DNA of 64,000 nt from a virus, in the IMG/VR virus record IMGVR_UViG_3300031991_000112; one strand, written 5' to 3'. A program made the position numbers and the translations under genes. A model generated the notes under the pieces. The model saw only the letters and a list, made by a program, of their open reading frames with translations, was not told the origin of the DNA and ran no database searches. Shown one piece after another: positions 8,216 through 16,688 of this stretch; position 1 is the first letter of the stretch; every line of letters starts with the position of its first letter.

Positions 8216-10288
8216 TTACTCATCTTCATCGCCAGAAGCGAAGATGCTTGCGACGTATTCCAGAACATCGGTTGCCGATTTCTCGTTGTAACCGAAGTTC
8301 TTGACGAGTCGAGCTTTGATCGCATCGATCTTATCCTGAAGTTCAGGATCAACCGCTGCTGCTTCACTCGACAGTGAGGACAACTTGATAGAGTCTCTCG
8401 TATCATCGAACAACTTCAACTCAAGAGCACGCTTCAACTCAGGGTTTGAATCCCACTTGAAGTCCTGCTTACGAGCAGCCAATGTACCGATGAAGGCGGC
8501 GATCGACCGACGGAAGTCGGGAGAACCCTGATCGGGAATCTCGATCTTCTCTTCGATGCTTCTCATCAAACGTTCATCAGGCTCTTGGTCTTGACCAGTG
8601 ATTGGGTTGCGAACCTTTTCACGGTTGACGAAGGCAACAACGTTGTCGATGTACTTGGCACAGATGCGGACGATCAAGTTTTCGTCGCTGACAAGAGCTT
8701 TCTGAACTTCGTTCTTCAGAATGTCTTGCAGTTCCTTGACCGCCAGATCGTGAGCCTTTTCGTACTGATCGAGGTACTCGGCATCGACCAGCGAAGAGTT
8801 TTGCAAACGTGACTTCAGTTCGTTAAGAACGTGGAAGGCGTTGACATAACCCTTTTCACGGGCGATACAAGAAGAGATGCAGTCTTGCACATAACGTGCA
8901 GATACACCGAATTGCATACCTTCAGCAGGATACTTGTCACGGAGTTCTTTCACTCCGTCTTCGGTCCAGTTCGGCAGACTCTTGCCATCGTACAACTTGG
9001 CTTTGTCACGCAAATCCAGCTTGTTATCCGGGTCGTCATAGAGACGAGTCAGAACAGCGAAGAATGCAGACACTTCCAAGGTGTGCGGCATGATGTGCTG
9101 CTTCACCTTATCTGGTGCGTAGTCAAGCTGAAGAACCTTTAGTTCATCCGAGACACGCAGCAGGTACGGGATGTCAACCTTAACCGTTCGGTCACGAAGA
9201 GCTTCCATGTAGCGATTGCCACGCAGCTTTTCGTATTCAGGGTTGTTGGTGTGACCGATGATCAATTCATCCACACTGATTCGTGGGAACTTCTTCGGCT
9301 TGACACTGTGATCCTGAGTTGCTTCGAGCAAGTCGTAGAGGAATTCGTTCTGAAGCTTGAGTGCTTCAATGAATTCGATCATACCACGGTTGCCGACTTC
9401 GAATTCGCCATCGAAGTTGAAGGCACGAGGATCAGAGTCCGAACCATAGAAAGCGATGTTGCGGAAGTTGATGTCACCCGTCAACTCAGTCGAGTCTTGG
9501 TTCTTTTCGTCCTTCGGCTGGAACGTGCCGATTCCGATACGATCAGACTCAGAGTGGGCGAGACGCACCACACGAATGTGTTTGGCAACAACCTGTTCCC
9601 AATCACCGTTATACTTGTCGAGCAACTTCTTCATGAAGAGCTTGCAACGTGGGTTGAGTTCACCTTCGACACGCAGGTCGTAAGATTGGTGACTCTTAAC
9701 GCCATTCACTTCATGTGAATCTACAAATTTTGCATTCACATCTTCGAGGAACGGAACCAACATTTCCTTTGGCAGGAGTTTGACCGGGTTTTCACGAAGA
9801 GCAGAGCGGCACTCTGGTTCCGCAAAAACATCTTCAGGAAGATCAATCCAATCAAAGGTGTACCAAGCACCTTCATCCGTGCGGCTGTATCGTTCCAAGC
9901 CTTCTTTGATGGCTCGGCAGATGGTGGATTTCGAAGAACCCACAGGACCGTGGAGAAGCAAGAAACGCTTCTGAGTTCCGTAACCACCGGCAGCACCTTC
10001 AAGGTAGTTGACAATGGCGTCCAACGATTCCTCAAGTCCAAAAATCTTGACCTTGTGCTTGGTGAAGAAGTTGTACTTGGTGTATGTCTTACGGAATCTC
10101 TTGAACTTCTCAGTTCCGTCCGACATGATCATTTCATAGACGTACTGGTAAGCATTACGCAGTAGTCTTGGGTTTTCAGTACACTTCGTCAGATACTCAT
10201 CGAGAGTCATTGACTCATTGAGCGTCACAAAACGCTCTCGATCATAGTGTCGGGTGTACTTGGACAGGGTGGAATTGGTGACTTCCAT
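8216..10288 (-). CDS. prkA: PrkA/YeaG AAA+ ATPase / serine protein kinase
   Basis: LLLHGPVGSSKST, QPKDEKNQDSTELTG, DPRAFNFDG, NRGMIEFIEALK, HTNNPEY; start set at MEVTN (10288) with GAGAGG RBS. Confidence 0.93.
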   Translation of the reverse strand: MEVTNSTLSKYTRHYDRERFVTLNESMTLDEYLTKCTENPRLLRNAYQYVYEMIMSDGTEKFKRFRKTYTKYNFFTKHKVKIFGLEESLDAIVNYLEGAAGGYGTQKRFLLLHGPVGSSKSTICRAIKEGLERYSRTDEGAWYTFDWIDLPEDVFAEPECRSALRENPVKLLPKEMLVPFLEDVNAKFVDSHEVNGVKSHQSYDLRVEGELNPRCKLFMKKLLDKYNGDWEQVVAKHIRVVRLAHSESDRIGIGTFQPKDEKNQDSTELTGDINFRNIAFYGSDSDPRAFNFDGEFEVGNRGMIEFIEALKLQNEFLYDLLEATQDHSVKPKKFPRISVDELIIGHTNNPEYEKLRGNRYMEALRDRTVKVDIPYLLRVSDELKVLQLDYAPDKVKQHIMPHTLEVSAFFAVLTRLYDDPDNKLDLRDKAKLYDGKSLPNWTEDGVKELRDKYPAEGMQFGVSARYVQDCISSCIAREKGYVNAFHVLNELKSRLQNSSLVDAEYLDQYEKAHDLAVKELQDILKNEVQKALVSDENLIVRICAKYIDNVVAFVNREKVRNPITGQDQEPDERLMRSIEEKIEIPDQGSPDFRRSIAAFIGTLAARKQDFKWDSNPELKRALELKLFDDTRDSIKLSSLSSEAAAVDPELQDKIDAIKARLVKNFGYNEKSATDVLEYVASIFASGDEDE

Positions 10289-10331
10289 GTTTTCGAACCT
10301 CTCTATGAGTTTTGATGCTGAAAAAAGAAGC

Positions 10332-10544
10332 TTAACAAACTTCTTCGTCCGTTTCAACGGTCTTAATGATAACCTCTGGTATAAGATCGTCAAGACCAAT
10401 CGCTCTTAAATAATCTTTGCAGGCATCACGCATTTCTAAAGCTTCAGAAATATCGTTTGTGTCCCAAAGTCCAAATTTCGGATGTTTAAGATCAACACCC
10501 GACGAGCGATTGTGTAATTTATACTTTACCGGGGTTACTGTCAA
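10332..10544 (-). CDS. Small hypothetical protein
   Basis: 70-aa ORF co-oriented and contiguous in the minus-strand operon. Confidence 0.55.
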   Translation of the reverse strand: MTVTPVKYKLHNRSSGVDLKHPKFGLWDTNDISEALEMRDACKDYLRAIGLDDLIPEVIIKTVETDEEVC

Positions 10545-10794
10545 GACTACTTCCTTTACGAATCTTGAATCGGTTCTTGGGATTTGTAAGACGCTGCTTT
10601 TTCAAAACAGCAGAAACGGGCGACGGAGGCGTAGGAGCTTTCACAGCATTACGTAATCTGCGAGATACTGCCTTCTTTGGTTTCCTCATATCCTTAGAAA
10701 CCTTGAGTCCAGTCTCCTTGCTGATCCGCTGCTTCAATAGAGTAGTCTCTGGCTTAACTCCAAGAGCATTTAGAAATTCTCTGAAAGTTTGCAT
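10519..10794 (-). CDS. Basic hypothetical protein, candidate virion internal protein
   Basis: GGAGG RBS; N-terminus MQTFREFL; K/R-rich. Confidence 0.65.
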   Translation of the reverse strand: MQTFREFLNALGVKPETTLLKQRISKETGLKVSKDMRKPKKAVSRRLRNAVKAPTPPSPVSAVLKKQRLTNPKNRFKIRKGSSLDSNPGKV

Positions 10795-11117
10795 CAGACC
10801 TCCGGTTTGATACCAGCAACATCGCCAACCGCTTTTGCAATATCTCCTACTTGCAAGTTCTTACGCTTGTTGACGTTCATGTGAGGTTGAAACTTTGAGA
10901 CCGCTTTGATAGCTGTTTGGTAAGATTGTTTTGGACTAGAGGCTTTTGTCATCTTGCCTACAACATCAGGATTGTCAGCAACAATCCTATTAGCAGTTGC
11001 CGTCAAATCTTTAGATGGTTTTTCTAATCCATTGGCGTAGTCTTTGCCCATATCCATGCTGATTTCCAGCAAGGATTGTTGATAACGTAGCCATTCTGTG
11101 AAGTTCATTGGTCTCAT
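10794..11117 (-). CDS. Hypothetical protein, candidate virion internal protein
   Basis: TAAATA 5 nt upstream of ATG 11117; N-terminus MRPMNFTEWL. Confidence 0.65.
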   Translation of the reverse strand: MRPMNFTEWLRYQQSLLEISMDMGKDYANGLEKPSKDLTATANRIVADNPDVVGKMTKASSPKQSYQTAIKAVSKFQPHMNVNKRKNLQVGDIAKAVGDVAGIKPEV

Positions 11118-11193
11118 GCGAGTATTTATGCGTTCAAGATTCCAATTTGCCACACTACAATACAATAGAGATCATCCAACATAAGGGGGAACT

Positions 11194-11982
11194 ATGTTCA
11201 GAACATTCTGTACTCTGTTTGTAGCTCTGTTTCTCGGTATCTCCGTACAAGCTGAGGAAACTTCTCAGCAAGTCAGAGGCGGTCTTCGCATCGGCGACTA
11301 CTCTGTATCAATCGGACATCAAGAATACAAAGAATATCGTGACCAGCGTGGTTATATCGTTCGTGGAAATGTATGGACAGCCAATGAAGCTGATAGCCGT
11401 GGCTATGTCCGCATGGATCACATGCAGCGATATGAAGTACGCCTTGGTTCGTCTTACTATGGCGAATCTGATGCAAAAATTGAAATTGATGGCAAGGAGA
11501 TTGGTGTTTTTAGAGTCCACTCTAATTCAGCAATCGTCATCGAACGCAGCATCAAGGACAAAGGACGTTTGACGTTCTTGACAAATGGCACTAGAGAATA
11601 CTTCGATGCAGGTCTGGATCGTGTTCCAGCTAACCAAAGAGGTTTGATCAAGGTCACGTTCTATCCAGAAAGACTTAGACATCGTGTTACAGAAAAGACA
11701 GAAGTGCCACACGAAACCACAGAAGGTAAGATTGCAACTTTCGGTTCGAAAGATTTAAGATCAGGCGGCACTGGTCTTACAGGTCGCAGCGACCAAGAAT
11801 TTCGTGACGCTAATGAAATCACAAGAGACTACAGCAACAGCGTTACCATCTATCTTCGTTTGGTTGAAGAAGAACGATTCCGTGCCTCGGAATCAGAGGT
11901 CAGACCACTTGAGGATACCAGAAATTATGGTAGAACCAGTGTGCCTAGGAACAACCCTGTTCCACCACCAGTAGAACGATAA
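11194..11982 (+). CDS. Secreted hypothetical protein
   Basis: Signal peptide (VALFLGISVQA-EE); GGGGGAA RBS; followed by a terminator. Confidence 0.75.
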   Translation: MFRTFCTLFVALFLGISVQAEETSQQVRGGLRIGDYSVSIGHQEYKEYRDQRGYIVRGNVWTANEADSRGYVRMDHMQRYEVRLGSSYYGESDAKIEIDGKEIGVFRVHSNSAIVIERSIKDKGRLTFLTNGTREYFDAGLDRVPANQRGLIKVTFYPERLRHRVTEKTEVPHETTEGKIATFGSKDLRSGGTGLTGRSDQEFRDANEITRDYSNSVTIYLRLVEEERFRASESEVRPLEDTRNYGRTSVPRNNPVPPPVER

Positions 11983-12012
11983 GACTCATCTGCCATGTGT
12001 AGAAGGAGATCG

Positions 12013-12045
12013 GACGCCGTACCCAAAAGTACGGCGTCTGTTTTT
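12013..12045 (+). terminator. Intrinsic terminator
   Basis: GACGCCGTAC-ccaaaa-GTACGGCGTC followed by TGTTTTT. Confidence 0.8.
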
Positions 12046-12307
12046 AGGTATCGAGCCATTTTTCTTCGCCGTCAATCTCGCAGTGTAACACGTATTTTCC
12101 CGATGTACTGAAGTATTTTCGATGTGTTACAATACGACCCGCATGTATCTTACGGTGACACAAGGAACAAACTGTAAGGGTGTTGTGCTCGTTGTATGTA
12201 CCACCTTCAGAACCGGGTAAGATTCGATGAACGTCTAGTAGCTCGTAATCGTCTTCTTCACAAAAGAAGCACTTCTTGTCTCTGAGTTTCTTGTGTTGCT
12301 TATTCAT
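12044..12307 (-). CDS. Small HNH endonuclease
   Basis: CFFC...DVHRILPGSEGG...NTLTVCSLCHRKIH. Confidence 0.85.
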   Translation of the reverse strand: MNKQHKKLRDKKCFFCEEDDYELLDVHRILPGSEGGTYNEHNTLTVCSLCHRKIHAGRIVTHRKYFSTSGKYVLHCEIDGEEKWLDT

Positions 12308-12340
12308 ATATACTTACGATCAAATTTCGGAGGATATCCA

Positions 12341-12496
12341 ATGAAGAAGTTTTTCTTAGCACTTATGATTGCAGCAAGTTGTTTTGCGGTAGTAGGCTGT
12401 CAGCCTTGTAATTGCTCATGTGGTCCTGAATGCAAATGCAGTCAGAACCAATGTTGCATCGACCACAATTGCAAACACTGTAATCACAGTAAATAA
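12341..12496 (+). CDS. Small Cys-rich lipoprotein
   Basis: GGAGG RBS; MKKFFLALMIAASCFAVVG-C lipobox; mature part CQPCNCSCGPECKCSQNQCCIDHNCKHCNHSK. Confidence 0.7.
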   Translation: MKKFFLALMIAASCFAVVGCQPCNCSCGPECKCSQNQCCIDHNCKHCNHSK

Positions 12497-12519
12497 CCAC
12501 TTTTCCACAGGAGTACCGC

Positions 12520-12663
12520 ATGAAGCAATTCATGATGTTTGTATTCGCTGTTGCTCTCGGTATCAGTACCATTGGGTGCTGCCGTACATGTAGCCCACGC
12601 TACACGCCGGAAGAAGCTGGACAATCCCAGCAAGCAGAGCCTCAGCAAGACGGTCAAAAGTAA
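12520..12663 (+). CDS. Small lipoprotein (47 aa; not in ORF track)
   Basis: AGGAG RBS; MKQFMMFVFAVALGISTIG-CCRTCSPRYTPEEAGQSQQAEPQQDGQK. Confidence 0.7.
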   Translation: MKQFMMFVFAVALGISTIGCCRTCSPRYTPEEAGQSQQAEPQQDGQK

Positions 12664-12678
12664 CCGTGATCAACCATT

Positions 12679-12710
12679 TCAGCCCCTTTCAAAAAAGGGG
12701 CTGATTTTTT
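12679..12710 (+). terminator. Intrinsic terminator
   Basis: TCAGCCCCTTT-caaa-AAAGGGGCTGA followed by TTTTTT. Confidence 0.8.
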
Positions 12711-12760
12711 ATCAAGACCACCCTATGATAATTAGGGAATAACCCCAAAAGGAGTAAGTC

Positions 12761-12922
12761 ATGAAAAACTTAATGATTTTCGTTTTTGCTGTGGTGTTTT
12801 GCGGTATGGTCGCCGGTTGTCGAGTTGAGGGTCAAGTTGGTGGCAATCCTCGATATTCTCAAGAAGAAGCTCAAGAGCTTCAACAAAAGTCTGTCGATCA
12901 GCCACAAGATGTCCAAAACTAA
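12761..12922 (+). CDS. Small lipoprotein (53 aa; not in ORF track)
   Basis: AGGAG RBS; MKNLMIFVFAVVFCGMVAG-CRVEGQVGGNPRYSQEEAQELQQKSVDQPQDVQN. Confidence 0.7.
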   Translation: MKNLMIFVFAVVFCGMVAGCRVEGQVGGNPRYSQEEAQELQQKSVDQPQDVQN

Positions 12923-14307
12923 GTACCGGTAATGCCGCCGCCTCTCGTCAAAAGACCAGTTGTACTGAGTCCTTCGACGAGGGGCGAGCGACATACTTCT
13001 CCAACCAAATCGGCTCCTACGATATTATCCACATCGTAGTCAGAGCCTTTCACAAGCACATCTGGCTTGCAAGCTTTCACCGCTTCATACGGCGTGTCTT
13101 CTTCAAACGAAACAACGAAGTCAACCATGTCGAACGCCGCCATGACTGCTTCCCGTTCGACAAGAAGTTTAACAGGTCGGTCCTCGCCTTTCAAGCGTCT
13201 TACAGAATCATCGGAATTCAGTGCTACAACCAACTTGTCGCCTTTGCTTTTGGCAAAACGCAAAGTTTGTAAATGACCACGATGGATAATGTCAAAACAA
13301 CCATTTGTAAAAACCAACTTGAAATCTCGATGGGCAAGGTCTTCTGGTGATACCAATTTGTCTTTAGCTAGTTCAGCCGGAACGATTGGTCTGTTCATTC
13401 GGTTTGTTACATAGATCGCACCAGCCTCAAAAGCAATTTGAGCAGATTCTTCTGCTGAAAAACCCAAACCGAGTGCATGTGCTAGAAAAGCCGAGAAGCA
13501 ATCACCGGCTCCAATTACACTCTCTGGCAACGAACAACAAGACTCCGGTCGGTATTCAAATACTTTGCCTTCTGTAATACCAATAAAACCTGAGCCGCCT
13601 TGTGTGATAATTACAGACTTACAACCCAAAACCTTTTCGAAGAATTTGCATTGCTCGACTGGATCGGTAAGACCACTTAAGTCTTGAGCTTCTTTGGAAT
13701 TAGGCTTGAATACGGTGCAACCAATCCACTGTTCAACAGGTCCGTGCTTGGGGTCAACGACAGTGATAGATTCTTTGTAGCGATCAATCCACTGAGGGGC
13801 ACGATCAGGATCGAAAAAACCTTTATCATAATCAGAAAGAATTGCTACAACCGGCGTTTCGAAATTTTCTGTGAATTCCAGTGCGTCACCACGTTGGCTG
13901 ATTGGGTCGGACAAGCCATAACTTTTTTGTTCGATATCCCAACGTTTGACTTGAATCCCATTGTCCAAGAAACGTTTCTTGCGAGGGATTATAGAACGCC
14001 CTGTAATACAAGGTGTGAAGTTAAGATTGTGTTCTCGAAACACAACTGTTGCTTCTGTGTCTGAGAAACAAATAAGCCGGGCATTCACGTTCAAATGTCG
14101 AAACTGATGTGCAACATTTGCAACGCCACCCGGCTTTCTTACAGCCTCTTCTTTTTCCGAATGCATAATTGGCACAGGAAATTCAGGACTGATTCTGTTG
14201 ACGGATACGTGATAGTATTCGTCAATCATCGCATCGCCAACACAATGAATGTTAAGTTTTTGGTTTCTCTGCTTCTTTAGATACTGGTTCAGTAGATTCA
14301 TCTTCAC
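12919..14307 (-). CDS. hldE: Bifunctional heptose-7-phosphate kinase / heptose-1-phosphate adenylyltransferase (HldE/RfaE)
   Basis: VGDAMIDEY, RISPEFPVP, PGGVANVA, ILSDYDKG, VIGAGD (PfkB) then VFTNGCFDIIHRGH, LNSDDSVRRLKG, VKGSDY, GLSTT. Confidence 0.93.
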   Translation of the reverse strand: MKMNLLNQYLKKQRNQKLNIHCVGDAMIDEYYHVSVNRISPEFPVPIMHSEKEEAVRKPGGVANVAHQFRHLNVNARLICFSDTEATVVFREHNLNFTPCITGRSIIPRKKRFLDNGIQVKRWDIEQKSYGLSDPISQRGDALEFTENFETPVVAILSDYDKGFFDPDRAPQWIDRYKESITVVDPKHGPVEQWIGCTVFKPNSKEAQDLSGLTDPVEQCKFFEKVLGCKSVIITQGGSGFIGITEGKVFEYRPESCCSLPESVIGAGDCFSAFLAHALGLGFSAEESAQIAFEAGAIYVTNRMNRPIVPAELAKDKLVSPEDLAHRDFKLVFTNGCFDIIHRGHLQTLRFAKSKGDKLVVALNSDDSVRRLKGEDRPVKLLVEREAVMAAFDMVDFVVSFEEDTPYEAVKACKPDVLVKGSDYDVDNIVGADLVGEVCRSPLVEGLSTTGLLTRGGGITGT

Positions 14308-14536
14308 CTTCTTTTACGGGCTTTGGCCAATAGAGGTCTTGGTATTTTCGCCACCAAGCCTTAATGAATTCCATCGTAAAGAAAGTGAGAATACTACGAA
14401 GAAGTAGAGTGCCAACCCACGTCAACATACCTGCACTGGTGGCAGGATCGATGAAATTACGATCACGGCTTTGTGCAGTTAATTGAGTGTCTTCGCCCGT
14501 GTTTTCTTGGTCGAGTTCTTCTTGATATTCTTCCAT
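14252..14536 (-). CDS. Small membrane protein
   Basis: GGAGG RBS before ATG 14536; one hydrophobic segment (AGMLTWVGTLLLRSILTFF). Confidence 0.6.
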   Translation of the reverse strand: MEEYQEELDQENTGEDTQLTAQSRDRNFIDPATSAGMLTWVGTLLLRSILTFFTMEFIKAWWRKYQDLYWPKPVKEGEDESTEPVSKEAEKPKT

Positions 14537-14572
14537 AGTAACCTCCAAATTATCTATCCATATCAAGAAACG

Positions 14573-14602
14573 AAAAAAGCCACGGAGGTCATCCGTGGCT
14601 TT
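14573..14602 (-). terminator. Intrinsic terminator after folA
   Basis: AAAGCCACGGA/TCCGTGGCTTT inverted repeat with adjacent A-tract on the + strand. Confidence 0.75.
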
Positions 14603-14619
14603 CAAAATTTGTATTTGAT

Positions 14620-15078
14620 TTATCGTCTGTATTCGACGACCTTGAACTCGCCGTAATCTACCGGTTCGCTCTGTTTCCATTCTTCTCCCAACTTGGGAAA
14701 AAATACATCGGCTTCATGAACGCCTTTGATCTCAGAGGCGATCACTCGGTTAACCAAATTTTGTTCAATCGCTTGGCGGTAAATCTCGGCACCACCGATG
14801 ATAAAAGCATGTGAACCAGCTTTGGCAACAGCCTCAGCGAGGGACTTACACACAAAGGCATCAGATAGCTCCGTAAGTGTGCGAGATACCACAATGTTGG
14901 TTCTTGACTTCAATGGTCGTTTAGGGAGCGATTCCCACGTTTTACGACCCATTATCACCGTACCATTGAGTGTGACCAGCTTGAAATGTGTCCAATCTTC
15001 TTTGATAGGAACCCAAGGCAGATCGTTTTTGAGACCAATAGCCCGGCTTTCGTCGTAAGCAACAATTATGGATGCCAT
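14620..15078 (-). CDS. folA: Dihydrofolate reductase
   Basis: IIVAYDESRAIG...LPW, VIMGRKTWESLPKRPL..RTNIVVS, IIGGAEIY, DVFFP. Confidence 0.93.
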   Translation of the reverse strand: MASIIVAYDESRAIGLKNDLPWVPIKEDWTHFKLVTLNGTVIMGRKTWESLPKRPLKSRTNIVVSRTLTELSDAFVCKSLAEAVAKAGSHAFIIGGAEIYRQAIEQNLVNRVIASEIKGVHEADVFFPKLGEEWKQSEPVDYGEFKVVEYRR

Positions 15079-15089
15079 TGTGAAATTCC

Positions 15090-15311
15090 TTAGTGGAACC
15101 ACCACCAGAGATGATCGTCAAATAAACTATGCAGACCAATAGCGATACTGATGATAGCTGAGATAATGGTCAGAATAGTTGCAATCAAAGCAAGTGTGAT
15201 TCCGCCGATAACGATAAATTGACGCTGCTGTTTGATCTTCTGGTGTTCTTGATATGCCCAAGCACCTAGACCAATCGTAGCAAACAACAAAGCAATGAAA
15301 AACAAACTCAT
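15090..15311 (-). CDS. Small two-TM membrane protein
   Basis: Two hydrophobic segments; GGGGGAA RBS. Confidence 0.6.
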   Translation of the reverse strand: MSLFFIALLFATIGLGAWAYQEHQKIKQQRQFIVIGGITLALIATILTIISAIISIAIGLHSLFDDHLWWWFH

Positions 15312-15420
15312 GATTCCCCCTTGTATAAAAGGTTATATCATAGATAGTTCACTCTTCATATATTTTTGACGATTTAACGTCAAAAACACCATACAAAATT
15401 GCCTCGTCTTTGTCCACTTC

Positions 15421-15669
15421 CTAAAGACTTTGAACCTCAAAGTCTTCATTCTTGGGGTTCCAAGTGTCTTCCCAATCAATGTCGTGAATGGTTTCCTCAA
15501 CAGCTTTCGCTATTGGTAATTCCTTACAAAGTTTGGAAAATTCTCGCAAGCGGTCAGTACCCTCTGCCTTAAAATATGCTTCGTATGACGGGTCTTCGTC
15601 ATCGACACACAAAAACAACGAAGTGCTGAGCACCTTTGTGATATCAAGCTGTAAAAAACGCTCTGCCAT
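15421..15669 (-). CDS. Hypothetical protein
   Basis: Contiguous with thyA; GGTGT RBS-like spacing. Confidence 0.6.
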   Translation of the reverse strand: MAERFLQLDITKVLSTSLFLCVDDEDPSYEAYFKAEGTDRLREFSKLCKELPIAKAVEETIHDIDWEDTWNPKNEDFEVQSL

Positions 15670-15671
15670 GA

Positions 15672-16541
15672 CTACACCGCCACTGGAATTTCGAGTTTTG
15701 GTCCAGACTCGTATTCGCTAAGCACGAAGTCTTCGAGCTTGTAGGAATAGATGTCAGGAGCCTTGTTGATTGTAAGGGTTGGACAATCAAAAGTTGGAAG
15801 AGTCAGATACTCTTCGATTGCGTCCAATTGATCCCAATAGATGTGGCTGTCTACGGTGTAATGCACAAACTCCACAGCATTGAAGCCGCTTTGTTGAGCC
15901 AACATCATCGTGAGTGCCGAGTAGAACTGAATGTTCGCTGGGACGCCAATGGGGAAGTCACAAGAGCGTTGGGTCAGCGAACCGGTAAGATCGCCGTTGT
16001 CATCAACCATCACTTGGTATGTGTAATGACAAGGAGGTAACTTCATGCGACCGGTGTCTTGCGGATTCCAGAGGGAAAAGAGGATGCGTCGGCAGGAAGA
16101 GTCTTCTTTCAGCCGATTAACCATCCAATCCAACTGATCGAAACCACCTTTACCGTAATCAGGATTGTCGCTACGACCGTCAGCGTAATCGCCACCAAAG
16201 TGACGAAGCTGGAAACCGTAGACAGGTCCGAATGATCCGGGGGCATAACCATGTTTCTTCTCGAATTCCTCATCCACCCAAGGATTCCAAATTTTGGCAC
16301 CCAGAGCGTTGAGATCGTTGTTGTTAGTTGAACCCGAAATGAACCACAAGAGTTCTGCCCAGATTGACTTTGGCCAAATCTTGCGACGGGTCACCAAAGG
16401 GAATGATTGTGTAAGGTCGTACCGGCTACAGATGCCGGGAATGTACTTGGTTTTAATACCAGTACGTTTATTGGACTTCAGAACGCCTTCATCAAGGATA
16501 CTCTGAAGTGCTTCGTCATAAGGTTGAATTGCGTAAGACAT
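15672..16541 (-). CDS. thyA: Thymidylate synthase
   Basis: FPLVTRRK, ELLWFISGS, GPVYGFQLR, RRILFSLWNP, LPPCH, QRSCDFPIGVPAN, DSHIY. Confidence 0.95.
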   Translation of the reverse strand: MSYAIQPYDEALQSILDEGVLKSNKRTGIKTKYIPGICSRYDLTQSFPLVTRRKIWPKSIWAELLWFISGSTNNNDLNALGAKIWNPWVDEEFEKKHGYAPGSFGPVYGFQLRHFGGDYADGRSDNPDYGKGGFDQLDWMVNRLKEDSSCRRILFSLWNPQDTGRMKLPPCHYTYQVMVDDNGDLTGSLTQRSCDFPIGVPANIQFYSALTMMLAQQSGFNAVEFVHYTVDSHIYWDQLDAIEEYLTLPTFDCPTLTINKAPDIYSYKLEDFVLSEYESGPKLEIPVAV

Positions 16542-16565
16542 GTTTCTGTTCCAAAGTCTAAGAAG

Positions 16566-16588
16566 AAAAAAGGGGACATCTTGTCCCC
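16566..16588 (-). terminator. Intrinsic terminator immediately upstream of thyA
   Basis: GGGGACA-tct-TGTCCCC with 6 T on the minus strand. Confidence 0.7.
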
Positions 16589-16630
16589 GGTGTCATCCTT
16601 GACCGAGCCTTCCATTGCTCGCACGACAAT

Positions 16631-16658
16631 ACCTTAACGAATTCCCAAATCGAGTCAA
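16631..16658 (-). promoter_or_regulatory. Sigma70-like promoter
   Basis: TTGACT-N16-TAAGGT on the minus strand. Confidence 0.45.
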
Positions 16659-16688
16659 GACCACTCTTTTATTTCGTAAGGAGAAATA

